This document shows positions 31,045-40,911 of a DNA stretch of 64,000 nt, piece by piece. The stretch comes from an uncultured delta proteobacterium. GTDB lineage: Bacteria; Desulfobacterota; Binatia; UBA9968. The DNA lies in assembly GCA_963727625.1 (NCBI GenBank), contig CAVSHR010000009.1, positions 128,001 to 192,000 of the forward strand, read 5' to 3'. Position 1 is the first letter of the stretch; each line of letters opens with the position of its first letter. Under the pieces are notes generated by a model. That model searched no databases. It was not told the origin of the DNA and saw nothing but the letters and a program-made list of their open reading frames with translations. A program made the position numbers and the translations under genes.

Positions 31045-32220
31045 TCAAATAATCCCCTTCTCTTTAAAGTCCGCGAGTTGTTGATCGCTATAGCCGAGCG
31101 GTTTGAGATATTCGGCATTGTGCTCGCCGAGCTCGGGCGGCGGGAGCGGGTGGGGAATTTTGCTGTCGCTGTATTCATTGGGAAACCCCACCGTTCGTAT
31201 ATTCGGCTTGTCTTTGCGCTCGATGGTGATCTCCAGGCCCATGTGCTTGATCTGCTCGTCTTGAAAGACTTCTTGTAAATTGTACACCGGCGTGTGCGGT
31301 ACGTCGTTGGCTTCCAATTGCGCCATCCAGTAAGCGCGCGGCTTTCCCTTGAAAAAATCCCCGAAGACTTTGGCCAGTTCGTTATAATTCTTGCGCCGGT
31401 TGGGACGCGTATTGAAGCGCGGGTCGTCGATCGTCTCGGCATGTCCCGCGGCTTTGCACAAACCCTCCCAAAATTTCTGCGGCGACGACAGATGAATCGC
31501 AAACGGCAAACCGTCCGAGCCGCTAAAGGCGTAGGTCTGCGATTGCGTCGGCCGGGTATACGGCCCGGGGATCTTGCCGGTGGCGAGAGAGTCCGTCGCC
31601 GGTGCGATCAAGAAAGCCAGAATCGACCCGGCCATGGTGGTATCGACCCTCTGGCCTTTGCCGGTTTTCGCGCGCGCGGCGATGGCGCCGAGCACGCCGA
31701 TGCAGGCGAACATACCGCTCAAACTATCGGCAAAGTTAGGGCCGATGGGGCGGGGATTTTTCGCGTCCATGAGTAGGCTCAACATGCCGCCGAGCCCCTG
31801 CCCCACGGTATCGTAGGCCGGCCGCTTGGCGTATGGGCCGGTCGGACCGGTGCCCGTGATCGACAGATAAATCACACCCGGATTGGTCTTGCTCACGGTG
31901 TCGTAATCGATGCCGAGTTTTTTCATGACGCCGGGACGATAGTTGTCGAGCACCACATCGGCCTTGTTGGCGAGGCTGAGAAAGATTTCCTTTCCCTCCG
32001 GCGTTTGAAGATTGAGCGTAATGCTTTTCTTGCCGCGATTGTACGCCCAGAAATTAGGCTGATCGCCGCCCAAGTCCCAACCGCGGAACGGATCGCCGCC
32101 CTTGGGATTTTCTACTTTGATCACCTCCGCGCCCATGTCGGCAAGCAACATGGCGCCGTACGGCCCGGATATAAAATTGCCGAGCTCCAAAACTCGGATG
32201 CCTTCCAGACAACCGTTCAT
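31045..32220 (-). CDS. Family III CoA-transferase (CaiB/BaiF)
   Basis: LEGIRVLEL, GPYGAMLLADMGAEVIKVE, NRGKKS, DNYRPG, catalytic Asp in FADSLSG, PPELGEHN. Confidence 0.93.
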   Translation of the reverse strand: MNGCLEGIRVLELGNFISGPYGAMLLADMGAEVIKVENPKGGDPFRGWDLGGDQPNFWAYNRGKKSITLNLQTPEGKEIFLSLANKADVVLDNYRPGVMKKLGIDYDTVSKTNPGVIYLSITGTGPTGPYAKRPAYDTVGQGLGGMLSLLMDAKNPRPIGPNFADSLSGMFACIGVLGAIAARAKTGKGQRVDTTMAGSILAFLIAPATDSLATGKIPGPYTRPTQSQTYAFSGSDGLPFAIHLSSPQKFWEGLCKAAGHAETIDDPRFNTRPNRRKNYNELAKVFGDFFKGKPRAYWMAQLEANDVPHTPVYNLQEVFQDEQIKHMGLEITIERKDKPNIRTVGFPNEYSDSKIPHPLPPPELGEHNAEYLKPLGYSDQQLADFKEKGII

Positions 32221-32269
32221 CTTGCTCTCCCCAATTTTGCTTGACGATCTTTGCGTTCTTGCGCGAGAA

Positions 32270-33445
32270 TCAGATGATCCCCTTTTCTTTAAACTCTGCG
32301 ACCTTGCTGTCGTCGTAGCCCAAAGATTTTAGAAACTCGCCATTATTTTCACCGAGCTCCGGCGGCGGCGCGGGATGGGGCGACGGAGTATCGCTGTGGG
32401 TCAAGGGAAACTTGACCGTGCGAATCGTCGGCTTATCTTTGCGCTCGATGGCGATTTCCATCCCCATATGCACGACCTGCGGATCGTGGAAAACTTCTTT
32501 CAGATTGTAGACCGGCGTATGCGGCACGTCGTTGGCCTCGAGCCGCTCGATCCACAGCGAGCGCGGCTGTTCCTTGAAAAACACCGCGAAGGTCCTGTTG
32601 AGCTCGTCGTAGTTGGCGCGCCGGTCTGGTCTTGACTTGAAGCGCGGATCTTCGATCAGCTCCGGATGACGGACCGACTTGCACAGCCCTTCCCAGAATT
32701 TTTGCGGTGACGATAGGTGGATCGCCAGCATGGCGTCGTCGGCACAGGCAAAGGCGTAGGTCTGAGACTGGCGCGGCCGCGTGTAGGGGCCGGGCACCTT
32801 GCCATGAGCCAGGGTTTCAGTCGCCGGCGCGTTCAAGAACGCCAGAATGGAGCCCACCATGGTGGCATCGACCTGCTGGCCCTTGCCGGTGCGCGTGCGT
32901 GCCATCAGCGCGCCCAAAATTCCCAGAGCGGAAAACATGCCGCTCAAGCAGTCCGCGTAGGCCGGACCGACGGGTTTGGGATTGTGCGGATCCATCAAGA
33001 CGCTCATCATGCCGCCCATGCCTTGACCGACGGTGTCATAGGCCGGCCGCTTGACGTAGGGCCCGGTCGGGCCGGTGCCGGTGATCGAGCAGCAAACGAT
33101 TTTCTCATTGATTTTGCACAGCGATTCGAAATCAATACCGAGCTTCTTGGTCACGCCCGGCCGATAATTGTCCATCACCACGTCGGACTGCTTTACCAAG
33201 CCGTAGAACACTTCCTTCCCTTCGGGGGTCTGTAAATTGAGCGTCACGCTTTTCTTGCCGCGATTGTAGGCCCAAAAATTCGGCTGGTCGCCGCCGAAAT
33301 CCCAACCGCGAAAAGGATCGCCGCCCTTGGGATTTTCTACTTTGATCACTTCCGCGCCCATATCGGCGAGCAACATAGCGCCGTAGGGCCCGGAAATAAA
33401 ATTGCCCAATTCCAAAACTCTGATTCCGTCCAAACACCCTTTCAT
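32270..33445 (-). CDS. Family III CoA-transferase (CaiB/BaiF), tandem paralog
   Basis: Same length (391 aa) and colinear with 31045-32220; YADCLSG. Confidence 0.93.
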   Translation of the reverse strand: MKGCLDGIRVLELGNFISGPYGAMLLADMGAEVIKVENPKGGDPFRGWDFGGDQPNFWAYNRGKKSVTLNLQTPEGKEVFYGLVKQSDVVMDNYRPGVTKKLGIDFESLCKINEKIVCCSITGTGPTGPYVKRPAYDTVGQGMGGMMSVLMDPHNPKPVGPAYADCLSGMFSALGILGALMARTRTGKGQQVDATMVGSILAFLNAPATETLAHGKVPGPYTRPRQSQTYAFACADDAMLAIHLSSPQKFWEGLCKSVRHPELIEDPRFKSRPDRRANYDELNRTFAVFFKEQPRSLWIERLEANDVPHTPVYNLKEVFHDPQVVHMGMEIAIERKDKPTIRTVKFPLTHSDTPSPHPAPPPELGENNGEFLKSLGYDDSKVAEFKEKGII

Positions 33446-33475
33446 TCTTGTCTCCTATTTTTCAGTCTTAGTTCT

Positions 33476-33630
33476 TCCTCACGTCTCGTGCCTAACGCCT
33501 GTCTTGGTGTAAACGATTTGAAGTGAGCGTCGCGGTCGAACGGCTTGAACGTTTTGAACGCTCCATGCTCTTGCCTATCGCCTCACGCCTCTTGCCTTGG
33601 TCCTCATGCCTTCCTATTGCCTATGGCCTT
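33476..33630. repeat. Intergenic mosaic of 7-mer (GCCTnnn) and 9-mer (TTGAACGnn) short tandem repeats
   Basis: cctcacgtctcgtgcctaacgcct; gtcgaacggcttgaacgttttgaacg; gcctatcgcctcacgcctcttgcctt...gcctatggcctt. Confidence 0.7.
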
Positions 33631-33679
33631 CGGCTTCGGATAAGAAACTTTCATATATCCCAATCATAAGGAGCACAAG

Positions 33680-35047
33680 ATGGCGACGCCTCCCCCTGTC
33701 ACCGACAAACTGGCCGAGTTCGTTTACCAAACGGAATTTTCATCAATCTCGGAGCAAACCCGCGTCAACGCCAAGCTGCATATTCTCGACACGCTGGGTG
33801 TTGCTCTTGCCGGCGTCGATCAACCTGCGGCGCATATCGCCCTCGCGTACTGCGAACGCCTGGGCGTTTCCAAAGCAGCATCGATCTGGGGCACGATGTC
33901 AAAAACATCGGTCTCGACCGCGGCCTTCGCGAACGGGCTGCTCGCCCACGCGTTGGACTTCGACGACTGGGACGCTTTGATCCACGTCGGCCATCCGAGC
34001 AGCATGCTCGTTGGCGCCGCGCTGCCGCTGGCGGAAAACCTTGGCGCATCGGGGAAAGACTTGCTCAAGGCTTATGTGCTCGGCATCGAACTGATCTGCA
34101 AGCTCGCGGCGAACGCTCCCAACGTGCAAGACCGCGGCTTTCACAGCACGCCGGTTTTCGGCAGCCTAGGTGCCGCAGTTGCTTGCGCGAGCTTATTGCA
34201 GCTCAATCCCGACAAAATCAAGGCGGCCCTGGGCGTTGCCGCCTCGGCCGCCGGCGGCATTCATCGCCAGCAGGGTTCCATGGTCAAACCGTTTCACGCC
34301 GGCAACTCGGCGCGCAACGGGGTCGAAGCCGCGCTGCTCGCCCAGGCCGGCTTCACCGCCGACGCGGCGATCCTCGAAGCGCCGCGCGGCTTCTGCGACA
34401 CCTTTTTCGGCCCGGCAACCTGCGACTACGAGAAAATGATCACCGACATCGGCAATCCCTACTTTCTCGAATCACCGGGACTGGGACTCAAATGGCACCC
34501 ATGCAGCGCACCGCAGTTCCTCGCCGCCGACGCCGCGCTTCATTTAAAGCGCGAACACGACATCGGATATCAAGACGTAGCGAAAATGAAAGTAAGCATC
34601 CCGCCGCTGCGCTACCAGCGCCACTATGCCGCCGAAGTCAAAACCGGCCTGCGCGGCAAATTTGCCATCAACTATGTCGTCGCCATGTGTTTCTTATACG
34701 GCAAGCTTGAACTCAACACCTTCACCGACGAAACGGTCAATCAGCCGATAGTTCAAGACGCCCTCAGCAAAGTTCACGTCATTTGCGACGAGAGCATTCC
34801 CGAGCCCGGCCCCTACTGCCCGGTGAGCGTGGAACTGAACGACGGCAAACGCTTTACCTTTACGGCAAAAATCGCCAAAGGCCACCCGCAAAATCCCATG
34901 ACCGAGAACGAAGTCGAAGATAAGTTTCTCGGCAACGCCAAGTCTGCGATCCCCGCGCGGCAAGCTGCCGAGCTCGCCGCGATCGTGCGCGATCTTGAAT
35001 CCGTTGACAATGTGCGGCGCTTAATCGAACTGCTCACGCCCGCCTGA
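33680..35047 (+). CDS. MmgE/PrpD family protein
   Basis: ILDTLGVALAG, AHALDFDD, GHPS, RGFHST, KPFHAG, KWHPC, KGHPQNPMT. Confidence 0.92.
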   Translation: MATPPPVTDKLAEFVYQTEFSSISEQTRVNAKLHILDTLGVALAGVDQPAAHIALAYCERLGVSKAASIWGTMSKTSVSTAAFANGLLAHALDFDDWDALIHVGHPSSMLVGAALPLAENLGASGKDLLKAYVLGIELICKLAANAPNVQDRGFHSTPVFGSLGAAVACASLLQLNPDKIKAALGVAASAAGGIHRQQGSMVKPFHAGNSARNGVEAALLAQAGFTADAAILEAPRGFCDTFFGPATCDYEKMITDIGNPYFLESPGLGLKWHPCSAPQFLAADAALHLKREHDIGYQDVAKMKVSIPPLRYQRHYAAEVKTGLRGKFAINYVVAMCFLYGKLELNTFTDETVNQPIVQDALSKVHVICDESIPEPGPYCPVSVELNDGKRFTFTAKIAKGHPQNPMTENEVEDKFLGNAKSAIPARQAAELAAIVRDLESVDNVRRLIELLTPA

Positions 35048-35109
35048 ATCATCTCTTTCCCCGCGGCTTTTCATGCCCGCTTGGACAACGATAGTCGCTT
35101 TCGGCGCGA

Positions 35110-35952
35110 TCACCTGCGCATCGCCGCTCGGGGAGTTTTGTAGCGGTTGTAGCTCCAAATATATTGACTCGGACAACGCCGCACTAGCTGTTCGATCGCG
35201 CCATTGAGTCTGGTCTCGTCGAAATTTTCCCGCGGCACCGAGTGGTATTCGATGCGATAGCCTTTTGCCTGCGGCAGCCGCTCGGCGAAACCGGCGATCA
35301 GCGCCGCCCCGGTGGCGCGCTGGAGTTTTTTCACCAGGGTCGTCGTATATGCCGGCCTGCCGAAGAAATCCGCCCACGCCCCGCCTTTTGAATTGGGCGC
35401 CTGGTCCGGCGGCAGGCCGACCGCTTCGCCACGTTTCAAAGCGCTCAAGAGCTGCTCGACGCCTTTTAAATCGGCGGGCGCCATGGATACTCCCGCGTTC
35501 CGGCCGCCGGCCAGCACAACAGGTTGACGCCATGGTTCTCGCGGCACACGGTACAAGACCGTCAGCGGCAGACGCCGCCCCGTGTAACGCACCGCGATTG
35601 GAAACGAGCCGAGATGAGGTAAAAGAAAGATAATACCTTGGCCGCCGCGCTGCGCCGCTTCAACGCTTTCCCAACCCGTGCAATCGATGCATAGACGATC
35701 GATCTCGGCGTGCGGCGCATACCAGGCTTTGAGCCACTCGGAGACGCCTCGGCCCGATTCAACAATCACTTCTTTGAGCAGCGCCCGATACTCTCGATCG
35801 TCGGAGCAGATACCGCTTTGATAGAGATTGTCCCTAAGGCGCGCCGCATCGACCCGCGCGCAGCGATATCCGATCCAGCCGACCAGCGCGCCGCTGTGGT
35901 AGTACCAGCGCATCGGCAAGCGGGCCAATAAATTCAAGAATGCAATAAGCAT
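35110..35952 (-). CDS. LpxL/HtrB-like lysophospholipid (lipid A) acyltransferase
   Basis: PHLG, LTVLYR, ALKRGEAVGLPPDQAP, FFGRPAYT, PSQYIWSYNRYK. Catalytic HxxxxE/D reads HLGSFP. Confidence 0.85.
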   Translation of the reverse strand: MLIAFLNLLARLPMRWYYHSGALVGWIGYRCARVDAARLRDNLYQSGICSDDREYRALLKEVIVESGRGVSEWLKAWYAPHAEIDRLCIDCTGWESVEAAQRGGQGIIFLLPHLGSFPIAVRYTGRRLPLTVLYRVPREPWRQPVVLAGGRNAGVSMAPADLKGVEQLLSALKRGEAVGLPPDQAPNSKGGAWADFFGRPAYTTTLVKKLQRATGAALIAGFAERLPQAKGYRIEYHSVPRENFDETRLNGAIEQLVRRCPSQYIWSYNRYKTPRAAMRR

Positions 35953-36154
35953 GGAACTATAATGACCGCTCGGAATTAGAACTTGCGGCTATGCGCCGGC
36001 GTCGAAGGATTCGCCGCCCGAATCTATGGGTCCGCTGCGATGATGTCAAACTTCACGTCAGCTCTTGCTCGCGTGGACATCATCAATTAACTACAGTAAA
36101 GAAGCGTTTTGTGTTGACTGCAAATCCATTGAAAATCGAGCTTGGAGGCCAGCC

Positions 36155-38275
36155 GTGTCCAGCGATAAACCCTTATCTCCGCTTTTCGACGCCGATCGCC
36201 TCGCCATCATCGGCGCCAGCGAGCGCAATCACTACGCCGTCAATATCTTCAAAAACCTGCAGAACCTTGGCTTCGATCTGTCGAAAATTATACCGATCAA
36301 TCCCGGCCGCCCGGAGGTTTTCGGATTGAAAGCCTATCCGAGCGTCGCCGAAGTGCCTGGCGAAATTCCCCTGGCCGTCATCGCGGTCAACAACAAGGCG
36401 GTGGTTGCCGTCGTCGAGGAGGCCGGCAAAAAAGGCGTGAAGGCCGGCGTGATCTTCGCCGACGGCTTCGCCGAGGGGGGCGAAGCGGGAAAGAAGCTTC
36501 AAGCAGATCTGACCGCGGCGGCCAAAGCGGCCAATCTCAAATTGCTCGGCCCCAACTGCATGGGTTTTGTCTCCATGCGCGCCAAGCTCGGCATCTGGGG
36601 CGGCGAGCTTCCGAAAAACCTGCGCCCGGGCAACATCGGCTGCATCTTTCAAAGCAGCGGCATGATGAATCTCTTGATGATGGCCGGCGCCAAGCGCGGC
36701 CTGGGTTTTCACGTTTGCGCCAGCGGCGGCAACGAGATCGTGCTCAACTCCGCCGACTATCTGGCCTATCTGGCCGAGTGTCCCGAGATCGAGGTCATCG
36801 CGACCTATTTCGAAGCCGCGCCTAAAGAGCCGGAACGTTTTGCCGCGGCCTTGGATCGCGCGATTGCCAATGGCAAGAGCGTTTTGGTTCTGCGCGCCGG
36901 AAAAACCGAGCGCGCCAAGCGTAACGTCATCGCCCATACCGGCCAGCTCGCCGGCTCGGCCGCGGCGTGGGATGCTTTTTTTGAACAGCATGGCGCGATC
37001 ATCGTCAACGACCTTGACGACTTGATCGATACCACGGCTTTATTCGCCGGCGCCAAAATTCGTCCGGACAAACACGAACGCGGTGTCGGCTTGATCACGA
37101 TCTCCGGCGGCGATTGCACGCTGCTTTCCGACATCGCCGAACAGGAAGGCATAACCGTGCCCGATCTCAGCCCGGAGACCCAAAAAATGCTGGTCGAAAG
37201 TCTCGACAAGCCGACACTGCTCGGCAATCCGCTCGACGTCGAAGATTTGCAGCGCATCAACCCCGAAGCCTTTGACCGCTGCTTAGAAAAGTTCTTTCAA
37301 GAACCGAAGATCGACATGCTCGGGGTGCGCTTGAATTTGCCCGAGACGATCACGCCGCCATCCGAAAAGCTCTACACGCAGATGTCTAATTTGAGCAAAG
37401 CCGCCGACAAACGCGTCTTCGTTCTGACCCGCGCCACTGAACCTCCCGCGCCGGTCTGGTACGACAGGCTCGCCGGTCTCGATCTCACCTTCACCGGCGA
37501 TTATCGCAAGTCGCTTCGCGCCATGAGCCGGTTGCGCAAAAACGAGCGCGACCGCGCCATCGGCCGCTTCGCGCCGGCGACGCGAAGCGCAGCCCAACCG
37601 AAGCACGCCGTTTTAACTTCCGGCGTCATGTCGTACCTGGAGAGCGAAAATTTACTGAAGTCCTATGGCATTGCGCTGGCGCCGTCGGTCCTGGCGCAGT
37701 CGTCGGCCGAAGCGATACAAGCAGCAGAGAAACTCGGCTATCCCTGCGTGCTCAAAGCGGCGTCAACAGAGATTCCGCACAAAACCGAGTTCGGCGCCCT
37801 CCGGTTGAACCTGCAAGATCATGCAGCCGTGCAAGCCGCCTACGATGAAATCCTCGCCGGGGTCAAAGCCAAAAAGCCGGATGCGAAGATCGAAGGCGTA
37901 CTCGTGCAAAAGCAGATGAAAGGGGTGGAGTGCCTGCTCGGCGTTTCCCGCGACGAGCAGCTCGGCCCGACACTGGTCATGGGCTTGGGCGGCGTTTTTG
38001 TCGAAATCCTCGCCGATGTGCAGCTCCGCATTCCCCCGATCAGCGCCGCCGAAGCCAGGCGCGCGCTCGAAAGCCTCAAAGGCGAAAAAATATTCTCCGG
38101 CGCGCGCGGCGCCCTTCCCGTCGATCTCGAGGCCCTCGCCGACATGGCCGCGCGCCTCTCCTGGCTCGCCTATGACCTGCGCGACAGGATCGCTGAATTG
38201 GATTTGAATCCCGTAGTCGTGCTGCCACGGGGCCAAGGTGCGTTCGCCGTCGACGCGCTGGTGGTGGCGCGTTAG
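36155..38275 (+). CDS. Acetate/acyl-CoA ligase (ADP-forming) family, fused alpha/beta
   Basis: AIIGAS, GPNCMG, QSSG, phospho-His in AHTGQLAG, NPLD, LGYPCVLK, HKTE, ELDLNP. GTG 36155 after GGAGG. Confidence 0.9.
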   Translation: MSSDKPLSPLFDADRLAIIGASERNHYAVNIFKNLQNLGFDLSKIIPINPGRPEVFGLKAYPSVAEVPGEIPLAVIAVNNKAVVAVVEEAGKKGVKAGVIFADGFAEGGEAGKKLQADLTAAAKAANLKLLGPNCMGFVSMRAKLGIWGGELPKNLRPGNIGCIFQSSGMMNLLMMAGAKRGLGFHVCASGGNEIVLNSADYLAYLAECPEIEVIATYFEAAPKEPERFAAALDRAIANGKSVLVLRAGKTERAKRNVIAHTGQLAGSAAAWDAFFEQHGAIIVNDLDDLIDTTALFAGAKIRPDKHERGVGLITISGGDCTLLSDIAEQEGITVPDLSPETQKMLVESLDKPTLLGNPLDVEDLQRINPEAFDRCLEKFFQEPKIDMLGVRLNLPETITPPSEKLYTQMSNLSKAADKRVFVLTRATEPPAPVWYDRLAGLDLTFTGDYRKSLRAMSRLRKNERDRAIGRFAPATRSAAQPKHAVLTSGVMSYLESENLLKSYGIALAPSVLAQSSAEAIQAAEKLGYPCVLKAASTEIPHKTEFGALRLNLQDHAAVQAAYDEILAGVKAKKPDAKIEGVLVQKQMKGVECLLGVSRDEQLGPTLVMGLGGVFVEILADVQLRIPPISAAEARRALESLKGEKIFSGARGALPVDLEALADMAARLSWLAYDLRDRIAELDLNPVVVLPRGQGAFAVDALVVAR

Positions 38276-38572
38276 CGTGCTTGATGCCCTGCGGGGAGAG
38301 TTTAAGCGCTTTTGTTGACGTCCATCTGGTTCAAGAGAGCGAGATGGCCGCCGCCACTGAGAACGGTCGGCCAAACCGGGACATCATTCGCTCCGATCCT
38401 TAGGATCATTAAGTTGCTGTCCGAATCCCAGGCGCAGATAACACGGCCGGAAAATTAGCTCGTCCCCTTTAATTTTAAATTTGCCCCTCGACTTAGAAAA
38501 TTGATTTTACTAATGTGGCCCGATAGCGCCGTTGCGCTTACTTGACAACTTCTTCCCAGGAGGAACCGCACG

Positions 38573-39550
38573 ATGAAAAAAATCACCCTCTCGATGATCT
38601 CGCTGATGATCGGCGTGTTTTTGCTTGCCGGCGAAACAGCCTTTGCCATCGATAAAGTCAACGTCACTCTGCCGTCCAAGTCGTTTCAGTTCATCATCTT
38701 TCCGCTCGCCAAGGAGCGGGGTTATATGAAGGAGGAAGGGATCGATCTCAACATCGTCGTCATGGCCTCCACTGCCGGCCTTCAAGCCGTGCTCGCCGGC
38801 GAAATGGATTTCACGGGCTCGGGGAGCAGCGCCCTGGTCGCCGTCACTCGGGGCAATGCTCCGCTCAAAACCGTGCTGGCCGTCAACGACCAGGTGCTAC
38901 AGTGGCTGATGGTCCGGCCGCAGTACGGCTCTTTCAAGGATCTAAAGGGTAAAAAGATCGCGGTCACCGGCGTCGCCTCGGTGGCAACGTTCATGTTGAA
39001 AAAAGTCGCGCCAAAGTTCGGCCTCGACGCCAACAAGGATCTGACGTTTCTAGCGCTGCCGGCGGGTCAGCGCCTAGGGGCGCTCACTTCCGGGGTCGTG
39101 GATGCCGGGCTATTGAGCTCGGAGGAACGTTTTGCCGCTCTCGATCAAGGCATGAAAGAGGTCTTGTATCTGGGCAAGGAGGTCAAGAATTCCTGGGGCA
39201 CGGTGGCAACCAACGACCAATTCATCAAGGAAAAACCCAAGTTGATGCATGGATTCATGCGCGCGCTCCTCAAAGCCCTGCGGCTGGTCAGGCAGAACCG
39301 CGAGGTCGCGATGGATACGATGATGAAATTTTCCCAGTTAAACCGGAACTTGGCGGCGCGCACCTACGACAGTATGATTGGAACTTTTACGACCAACGGC
39401 GTGGTCGACGAAGAAACACAGAGAAACGATCTCGACATCGTTGGCGAGGTCGTCAAATCCACCAAGGAAGTACCCATCGAGCGCGCCTACGATTTCAGCT
39501 TTGCCAAGAAAGCCGACAGCGAGCTGACCCAAGCCGGCTGGAAACCTTAG
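38573..39550 (+). CDS. NMT1/THI5/SsuA-like ABC substrate-binding protein (orphan)
   Basis: Signal peptide, AKERGYMKEEGID, DLKGKKIAV, YDFSF. Confidence 0.85.
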   Translation: MKKITLSMISLMIGVFLLAGETAFAIDKVNVTLPSKSFQFIIFPLAKERGYMKEEGIDLNIVVMASTAGLQAVLAGEMDFTGSGSSALVAVTRGNAPLKTVLAVNDQVLQWLMVRPQYGSFKDLKGKKIAVTGVASVATFMLKKVAPKFGLDANKDLTFLALPAGQRLGALTSGVVDAGLLSSEERFAALDQGMKEVLYLGKEVKNSWGTVATNDQFIKEKPKLMHGFMRALLKALRLVRQNREVAMDTMMKFSQLNRNLAARTYDSMIGTFTTNGVVDEETQRNDLDIVGEVVKSTKEVPIERAYDFSFAKKADSELTQAGWKP

Positions 39551-39709
39551 ACAGTTTCTACGAGGGAGGTCTTGCGGGCCTCGGCGCGAAAGGGGAATCG
39601 CATGATTTTCCGCCGGCTCTGCTCAATCTACTATCCTCCGACTTGTTCACGGCTCTGGCCAAGAAAATCGGGTTGTCGAATTATGACCGCGTCTTAATGA
39701 TTCCCTCTT

Positions 39710-40656
39710 TCATGGCAAAAAGCTGAGGTCGACGATTTGCGCGACGGTCAATCCTTTGGCTTTCGGGTCCTCCCGGGCAAAGTCTGCTATACATCCGCTT
39801 CAAGTCCCTTGATCGTCGGGCGCCCATCGTCCGGAAGGGAACGACTATAGACGTCAAACGCCTTCTCCGCGATCTCGCGGTCGTTCAGTCTGCTGAGCGC
39901 CATCATTTTTCGGACCGCCTCCTCCTTATGGGTTTTGAAAAAACGGATTGCTTCGAGGTAGGCGGCCATGAAGCGCCTGACGAGCGGCGCCTGCGCCTGG
40001 AGATATTCCTCCCGCGCCACGATGTTGACGTGAGGGAATTCGACGCCCTTGGCAACGAAATCGAGGAGCGGGTTCAGGCCGAGCTTTTGCGCCGCCAGCG
40101 CCTCTTCCGGGCTCAGGACCGTGGCGTCGATCGTTCCGGCTTTGAGCGCCACCAACCGGGACTGCGAGCCCCCGACCTGGAGGATCGTGACGTCGGCAGG
40201 GGTCAAGCCCAATTGCCCGAGCGCGAGTCGGACAACGAAGTCTGTGTTACTGCCAAAACGGCTGATGCCGATCTTTTTGCCACGCAACTGCTCTGAGTTC
40301 GTGATGCGGCTGCTGGTGATCAAAACGTACGGCAAAATGTTGGTGACGCCGCCGATGATTTTGAGCCTAGCGCCCCTCAGATAGGCGTTGAGAAACGGCG
40401 GGCCGCCGGTTTGGAGGAGATCGAGACTCTTCCCTATCAACGCTTGCGTCGAGAGCGAACCGCCGGCGATGAAGACCATTTCGAGCGTAAGGCCGTGTTT
40501 GCGGAAGATGCCGGCGTCCTGTGCGACGTAAAGCGGCGCGGCTCCGTAAAAACCGTTGAAGCCGACGTGCAGCGTCGTGGACTGAGCAGCGGCGGGTCGT
40601 GCGCTAATCAATAAGAGAGCGAGCACTAAAATTGCATGGATGGTGATCCGTTTCAT
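39710..40656 (-). pseudogene. NMT1/THI5-like ABC substrate-binding protein with a frameshift near the 3' end
   Basis: Main frame stops at 39787 (…IKGLEADV*). The family-typical tail ADFAREDPKAKGLTVAQIVDLSFLP* continues in another frame to 39710. Confidence 0.7.
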
Positions 40657-40911
40657 ACCGACCTCCATTAATCGCACCTAAATTGCCTCTTATGGTCGGT
40701 GTCGGTCAAGACAATAAATTATTCGTGCTCTTTTCCTTTTTTTAACGCTGCGACGTCGCGACCCCTGACACAAGAGCACATTTCTGTAGACAAAAACTTC
40801 AACACTAAAAGCTTACCGAGACTCTTCTGAACAGGTATAGTTATTCTGTCCATATCGAAATGAAGGATAGCGGAGGATTCACCTATTCCCCCGGACCAAG
40901 AAAGCCACAAG

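Noticed and set aside
30990-31502. Long N-terminal extension of the HI0933 flavoprotein in the ORF track (563 aa)
   Set aside because: It overlaps the CoA-transferase in another frame; family homology begins at MIRYDV (30989).
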